The notes under the pieces: model-generated
Seen by the model: the letters and a program-made list of their open reading frames with translations, nothing else
What the model was told of the DNA's origin: nothing
The model's database searches: none
Shown here: one piece after another, positions 59,250-64,000 of the stretch
How positions within the stretch are numbered: the stretch's first letter is position 1
How the letters are laid out: each line of letters opens with the position of its first letter
DNA from: Escherichia phage ECBP1
Sequence record: NC_018854.1
Strand: one strand, 5' to 3'
DNA length: 64,000 bases
Program-made: the position numbers and the translations under genes

Positions 59250-60860
59250 TCACACAATGTATGAACGTAGGGGGTTAACACTATCTTCTTCTTCATCATC
59301 CCACATTGGGTCACCCTTATTATCCACCATAGTCATACCTGCTTGTGGTTTCCAAGGATTGAGATAACCCAGCATGGAGATAGTATCAATACAGTCATCC
59401 TTACCTTTGATTCCATTAATGGTAGCTAGTTTAATCTGGCCCATGAACAGACCCATAATAGTTGAATCTCTCAACTCTTCCGGGAAGTACATCTTACCAG
59501 CTTTGAACCATGGAACTACCAGGTTAAAGCGTGACAGCTTAGAGGTTACAGGACGTATACCCGGCTTACCACCTTCAGAAGATGCAAAGTTAAAGAAGAC
59601 ATTACGGTTAATCATTTCTTTCTGAAGGAGCGAAATGAATCCACCTTGCTGCCCTGTGATTTCGACACCAACGTTTTGTGGTTGGTATTCTTGAACCAGA
59701 CGGAACAGGTCATCAAAGTTTTTATCCATAAGCTGACGATTAGCCACACCATCAACCCAGAACCAATCTCCATTAGAACTATAAGCCCAAACTGATATGA
59801 CACTATAGTCACTGGTCTGTTTCTCCGATGTAGCAAAGTCAGTTGTAATATAATAGTTGTAGCAGGACTTCATCCTTAATAGTTGCTGTCTGCTATACCA
59901 TCTAATTTCACTATCCTGAACCAGTCTCTCATCTTCAGAGCTAATACGGAGCATAAGTTCCTGATAGAAGCCTGCCAGCTTACCCGTCTTAACTGCCATG
60001 TCATATTGGGCTTTGATGTAGTCGTAGGAGAAACGGTCATCCCATGCACCTTGAAATTCTTCCCTACTACAAGGGAACTTCTCACACACAGGCCATACGT
60101 TGACATCCCATGCACCAGACTCTACTGCTTCAATGATAATATCTTCCTTATTAAAGGGAGTACCATTGAAGATTACTTTACGACGGGTAGGATCAAGAGC
60201 ATGGTTCACACCTTTATAGACGGTATCCTTAATAGCTTCCATACTCGTCTTGGAGTTAGCATCACCATCACTAATCAAGTCATCCAGTACGCATAATGTT
60301 GGACGTTTACCATATATCTTCGTACCACGAAGACCTGTCTTAGCACCAAACAGCTTAACACCTAGACGATGTCCTTCTACATTACGAAACTCTAACAGGT
60401 TATCCGTAAAGGTAGCTTCAGGTATCCATTGCTGAAGGAACTCACTATTCTTGTAACGAAACTCAATGTTCTTACGTGCAGATTTAGCACCGTTATCCAT
60501 TGAGTCAGATACATAAATCATTCCTTCTACTTTACCCAGGCTTGGTAAATGCCCGAACACTGCCAGGAACAATGTAAAGTATTCCATGAATACAGCAGTC
60601 TTACCTGCACCACGGAAGCACAGATTAACTACATACTGGTTCGGGCTAATCATCTTATCCAACATTTTCAGGTGAACTGGAGGTGTTTTGTTGGATTCAC
60701 CCTCTTTACCATTAACCAACTTAATAAAGTTGGCAAAGGTAAGAGCAAACTGACTAGGAACATAGTTGGAAGAATTAAGGTGGGAGTAATCCACCTGGTC
60801 TAGCCATTCATCCAGTTCCTGCTTAATTAACTCAGACATCTGTAATGTCCTCATCTGCAC
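59250..60860 (-). CDS. terminase large subunit
   Basis: Walker A-like 'RGAGKTAVFMEY', Walker B 'LCVLDDLISDGD'; 536 aa with C-terminal nuclease-sized domain. Confidence 0.8.
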   Translation of the reverse strand: MQMRTLQMSELIKQELDEWLDQVDYSHLNSSNYVPSQFALTFANFIKLVNGKEGESNKTPPVHLKMLDKMISPNQYVVNLCFRGAGKTAVFMEYFTLFLAVFGHLPSLGKVEGMIYVSDSMDNGAKSARKNIEFRYKNSEFLQQWIPEATFTDNLLEFRNVEGHRLGVKLFGAKTGLRGTKIYGKRPTLCVLDDLISDGDANSKTSMEAIKDTVYKGVNHALDPTRRKVIFNGTPFNKEDIIIEAVESGAWDVNVWPVCEKFPCSREEFQGAWDDRFSYDYIKAQYDMAVKTGKLAGFYQELMLRISSEDERLVQDSEIRWYSRQQLLRMKSCYNYYITTDFATSEKQTSDYSVISVWAYSSNGDWFWVDGVANRQLMDKNFDDLFRLVQEYQPQNVGVEITGQQGGFISLLQKEMINRNVFFNFASSEGGKPGIRPVTSKLSRFNLVVPWFKAGKMYFPEELRDSTIMGLFMGQIKLATINGIKGKDDCIDTISMLGYLNPWKPQAGMTMVDNKGDPMWDDEEEDSVNPLRSYIV

Positions 60861-61521
60861 GTACTAGTTTAGAACCAGCAACCTCTTTGGTAGGTACACC
60901 ACTATTGATTGCATTAATTTGCTGCTCAGCTAATGCAGCAAGTGTTGCCTTGAGGTCAGTTAATCCAGAGTTCTCTCTCAAGTCCAGATTGATATTCGTT
61001 ACCTGGTCTTTTGGTTTAGCTAAGTGGGTAAGGATAGAGTTAGCTGCATCACATCTTACCTTCTCACTTGCTGCTGTAGTCATCAGTTCAACCTGAACAT
61101 TGATTGCCTTCTGATAATTATCCTGGTTCACAATCCACACTGGAACCAAACTTTGTTCCATGATGAGGTTAACTAACTTACCCCTGTGATAAGCAGATAC
61201 ATAAGCACTAATATCTTTCTCGCTGGTTCCTCGTGCAACAAGTTCTGCTTGTCGGTTAGGGAATGTCTTGAAGTAGGCTTCCTTATTGGAATAACCCATG
61301 TGTTTATAAGTCACATACTGAACTGCATTCATGTAGTCCTGTGTCTTAAACTTACCTTCCTTCATTACACCAGAGTAGGAGATAAAGTTTTCACGGAAGG
61401 ACTCAGCAACCAGTTGGTCTTGGGTTATGTTGTTGATCGTGTCTACCAACTCCTGGGTCACACTGTTTTTGAAGTTAGCAGGTAAGGCATTAACAATCTG
61501 CTGCTTAGTTAGTTCACTCAT
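60832..61521 (-). CDS. putative terminase small subunit (by position)
   Basis: 229-aa ORF immediately upstream of and overlapping the large terminase gene. Confidence 0.35.
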   Translation of the reverse strand: MSELTKQQIVNALPANFKNSVTQELVDTINNITQDQLVAESFRENFISYSGVMKEGKFKTQDYMNAVQYVTYKHMGYSNKEAYFKTFPNRQAELVARGTSEKDISAYVSAYHRGKLVNLIMEQSLVPVWIVNQDNYQKAINVQVELMTTAASEKVRCDAANSILTHLAKPKDQVTNINLDLRENSGLTDLKATLAALAEQQINAINSGVPTKEVAGSKLVRADEDITDV

Positions 61522-61692
61522 ACTTATCTCGCTACAAAGTTATGTCTATTAAAGAAGATTCTTTTCTTGGGGTGAGTTACCCCTTGAAGAAACGATACCA
61601 TACAGTTACACTTTAGTCATGATATAGAAAAAGTTCATGATACTAAATAGTATGTAATGTTCCGATGACCCTATTCCCAAAAGGAGTAACCT

Positions 61693-61983
61693 TTGAGAAT
61701 CTATATGAAAGCCCCAGACTCTAGTGACAAGTACTTCGAACTAGACCACACTAAGATTGGCTTCCTTTCAGATGATATTATCATTACACATGATGAAGAC
61801 ACCTACCATGAATTAGCTGGGATGATGCTGTTAGAGAATCGTCCAGGCATTAAAGTCTTAGAACCAAGAGAAACTTACTCTTTAGATAAAACAATTTCAT
61901 CTCTTGTGTTCTTCACAAAATTACCTCATAGTGTCTCCGTCAGGCGAAGCAAAGACAGTGTTCGGATGACGGTGACGATGTGA
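61693..61983 (+). CDS. small protein, member 1 of tandem paralog family
   Basis: TTG/ATG start after AGGAG; contains 'IIITHDEDTYHELAGMMLLEN'. Confidence 0.5.
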   Translation: MRIYMKAPDSSDKYFELDHTKIGFLSDDIIITHDEDTYHELAGMMLLENRPGIKVLEPRETYSLDKTISSLVFFTKLPHSVSVRRSKDSVRMTVTM

Positions 61984-62183
61984 TTAGTCATGCCGCCTAG
62001 TAGACAGTGGCGGTACTCGTAAAGAGTTAATAACTTCTACAGTCAGGGTTGCCCGGCTCCTTTCCTACCTAGTAGGCTAACGATACACATGTATCTAGGG
62101 TGATGAACTGACCCGTGATTGAAAACGGTAAGGGGTAGAGTCGAGAGGCTCTACCCCATTTCTTTTTCTGGAGGAATGCAATT

Positions 62184-62531
62184 ATGAGCATCTACGCTTT
62201 TGATATTGATATTACCGGAGTACTTCATAAGCAAGGACCTTATCTACTTGGGGAACCAGAAACAGTAAGTAAGTTCATTGCTCCCTGGCAATCTGTGTTC
62301 TTACCTAACTGTGAAGAGTCCCATGAGATTGTTGGCTGTCTTTTCTTATCAAACCTACAACTCAATACTGAGATACTTACCGAACCAAAGGTGTATGACC
62401 TCACTCGTTATGACGGATTCAATGAGTTCTTCCCTGGTATACGTTTCTATAAAATACCCGGTTGGGAATTGATAGTTGACCATAACGTCTTTAATAAAAC
62501 ACTTTCCATTTACTTCAGACCACTTTCCTAA
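62184..62531 (+). CDS. small protein, member 2 of tandem paralog family
   Basis: GGAGG RBS; contains 'VFLPNCEESHEIVGCLFLSN'. Confidence 0.5.
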   Translation: MSIYAFDIDITGVLHKQGPYLLGEPETVSKFIAPWQSVFLPNCEESHEIVGCLFLSNLQLNTEILTEPKVYDLTRYDGFNEFFPGIRFYKIPGWELIVDHNVFNKTLSIYFRPLS

Positions 62532-62548
62532 AGGAAGGAGAATCAATC

Positions 62549-62863
62549 ATGAAATTCATAATGACCATCCCCAGTTTTGCTGAAAGGGAGTCTATGTATA
62601 CAAATGACTTCTCTTTAGAAGAAGTCATGAATAGTAGCCCCCAACATGTAATCCTAGTTCCTACCTTAGAGGACTACCATGAAGTAAGGGGCCAGTTATT
62701 CTTAGCAGGTAATGACCGTAAGGTTGTATGTATTGTCCCACCTTCCGTCTACTCCTTTAGTGATGCATATGACGCTCTACCTTTCATGATGGTATCCGAT
62801 GAATACCAATGGGATAGTCGCCATAAGAATGAAGAATACCATTACTACTATGTAAGGAAGTAA
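62549..62863 (+). CDS. small protein, member 3 of tandem paralog family
   Basis: GGAGAA RBS; contains 'VILVPTLEDYHEVRGQLFLAGN'. Confidence 0.55.
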   Translation: MKFIMTIPSFAERESMYTNDFSLEEVMNSSPQHVILVPTLEDYHEVRGQLFLAGNDRKVVCIVPPSVYSFSDAYDALPFMMVSDEYQWDSRHKNEEYHYYYVRK

Positions 62864-62866
62864 GTT

Positions 62867-63181
62867 ATGCACTTCTTCGGTTTAAGTAGTCGTAGTACAT
62901 GTCCCCTTAATCTGGGAGTAGGTAAATCCCCCTGGTTGGGAATAAGTAAACCCATGACCATGTACTATGAACCCTGTAAAGAAGCAGATGAGTTCATAGG
63001 AACCTGTCTAATGTTAGGTGCACCTATTACCTTTATTAAGATAAATACTTCCATCGAAGTTCCAGAGGATGTCGCTGTATACATCTTCTCCTCCAGTGAA
63101 CCTATGGTAGCTACTACTCTTACAGGCAGACTCATTACCCTCTATCCTTCCTCATATTTATCTAGCGACGGAAGCTACTAA
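62867..63181 (+). CDS. small protein, member 4 of tandem paralog family (divergent)
   Basis: contains 'YYEPCKEADEFIGTCLMLG'. Confidence 0.45.
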   Translation: MHFFGLSSRSTCPLNLGVGKSPWLGISKPMTMYYEPCKEADEFIGTCLMLGAPITFIKINTSIEVPEDVAVYIFSSSEPMVATTLTGRLITLYPSSYLSSDGSY

Positions 63182-63465
63182 TGGTTATCAGTAAAATTTA
63201 TTCAGAGCTACCTGGGGATGAATACACCCACCATAAAGAATTAACTAACCTGGATGCTGATGTACTCATACTGGTTCCAGACGAACAGTCCTTGCATGAA
63301 CTACAAGGATTACTCTTCTTATACAATAAGAATTCGGAAGTACATCTACTTGAACCAGGAACACCGATGTCCTGGCAGGGTAGCTTCAGTCCTTGGCATC
63401 TCAATACGGACAAGTACATACTATCCTTCGAGGATAACACCCCAATCTATAAGGAAAGACAATGA
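63181..63465 (+). CDS. small protein, member 5 of tandem paralog family
   Basis: contains 'LILVPDEQSLHELQGLLFLYN'; start overlaps upstream stop. Confidence 0.55.
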   Translation: MVISKIYSELPGDEYTHHKELTNLDADVLILVPDEQSLHELQGLLFLYNKNSEVHLLEPGTPMSWQGSFSPWHLNTDKYILSFEDNTPIYKERQ

Positions 63466-63776
63466 AACTAAACACATCACCCTATCCGGTGCAGTTAGAA
63501 GTAGTACTCGACCGGGATACCTTCATTAAAAAGTACAAGAAACTTAAAGGGTATGAGCCAGATTTGGAAGGTTGTAAGGGGTATACTACATACTCTGATA
63601 ATAAGGTTCTTATGGGCATCTTCTCAGACCCCTTGCCAACGCTTATCCATGAAGTAAACCACTTCTGCTTATGGGTATTCGATTATATTGGTATGCCTAT
63701 AAACAGTAGTAATAGTGAAGCGTACTGTTACTACATGGATAGCATTCTTGAACAGGTACTGAAGAATGAACGTTAA
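63462..63776 (+). CDS. small protein, probable divergent member 6 of paralog family
   Basis: contains 'PLPTLIHEVNHFCLWVF', alignable with the PTL..HEV core of member 3. Confidence 0.45.
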   Translation: MKLNTSPYPVQLEVVLDRDTFIKKYKKLKGYEPDLEGCKGYTTYSDNKVLMGIFSDPLPTLIHEVNHFCLWVFDYIGMPINSSNSEAYCYYMDSILEQVLKNER

Positions 63777-64000
63777 ACTATTAGGTATGAAAGGTACTGA
63801 CTTACTGCACTATTCCTCTGAACCAGGGAAAGCAATCATTCACATTATGTCCTACGGAACCTCAACGCTAATAATGGAGCCAGGAGAGTTAGCAGACTTT
63901 GCACAGGGACATAAGCTAATTACTAACAGTAATGCAGAGATAGTTATCCTGCAAAATGGTGAGTCAGTATTCATACCATACGGTGATTATGCCTATGTAT
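63766..64000 (+). CDS. small protein, 3'-truncated by window edge; possible further family member
   Basis: ATG overlapping upstream stop; open to window end; 'LIMEPGELADFAQG' loosely fits family core. Confidence 0.35.
   Translation, partial: MNVKLLGMKGTDLLHYSSEPGKAIIHIMSYGTSTLIMEPGELADFAQGHKLITNSNAEIVILQNGESVFIPYGDYAYV

Noticed and set aside
63462-63776. HExxH (HEVNH) motif in the last full small ORF as evidence of a mini zinc metalloprotease
   Set aside because: The HEV residues align with the H-E-[VL] core shared by the neighbouring paralogs that lack a second His, so the HExxH match is probably coincidental.
1-64000. CRISPR arrays, integrase/attachment sites, rRNA genes
   Set aside because: No regularly spaced direct repeats, no tyrosine or serine recombinase motifs, and no rRNA-like sequence noticed on reading the window; the genome looks strictly lytic.

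Overview
This window reads as most of an N4-like (Schitoviridae-type) podophage genome; all calls are from reading the sequence and ORF track by eye, with no searches run. About 1-27.7 kb is a plus-strand early/middle and replication module: a split T7-like RNA polymerase II, MoxR-type AAA ATPase plus vWA protein, dCTP deaminase-like enzyme, ThyX, rIIA/rIIB-like proteins, Dda-like helicase, family-A DNA polymerase, a free-standing HNH-AP2 endonuclease, primase-like protein, SSB and a RuvC-like resolvase. About 27.7-29.6 kb is an ORF-poor plus-strand RNA region with one canonical tRNA and several non-canonical tRNA-like elements, closed by a clean intrinsic terminator. About 30.7-61.5 kb is a minus-strand virion module: a ~3570-aa virion RNA polymerase, internal virion proteins, major capsid, scaffold, portal, a lysis cassette (holin-like, GH108 endolysin, nested spanins), tailspike and large terminase. 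The last ~2.3 kb returns to the plus strand with a tandem array of 6-7 small paralogous genes of unknown function. The candidates most worth follow-up are that paralog array, a DUF2829/Tad2-like domain protein, and the tRNA-like elements with encoded CCA but no anticodon arm.
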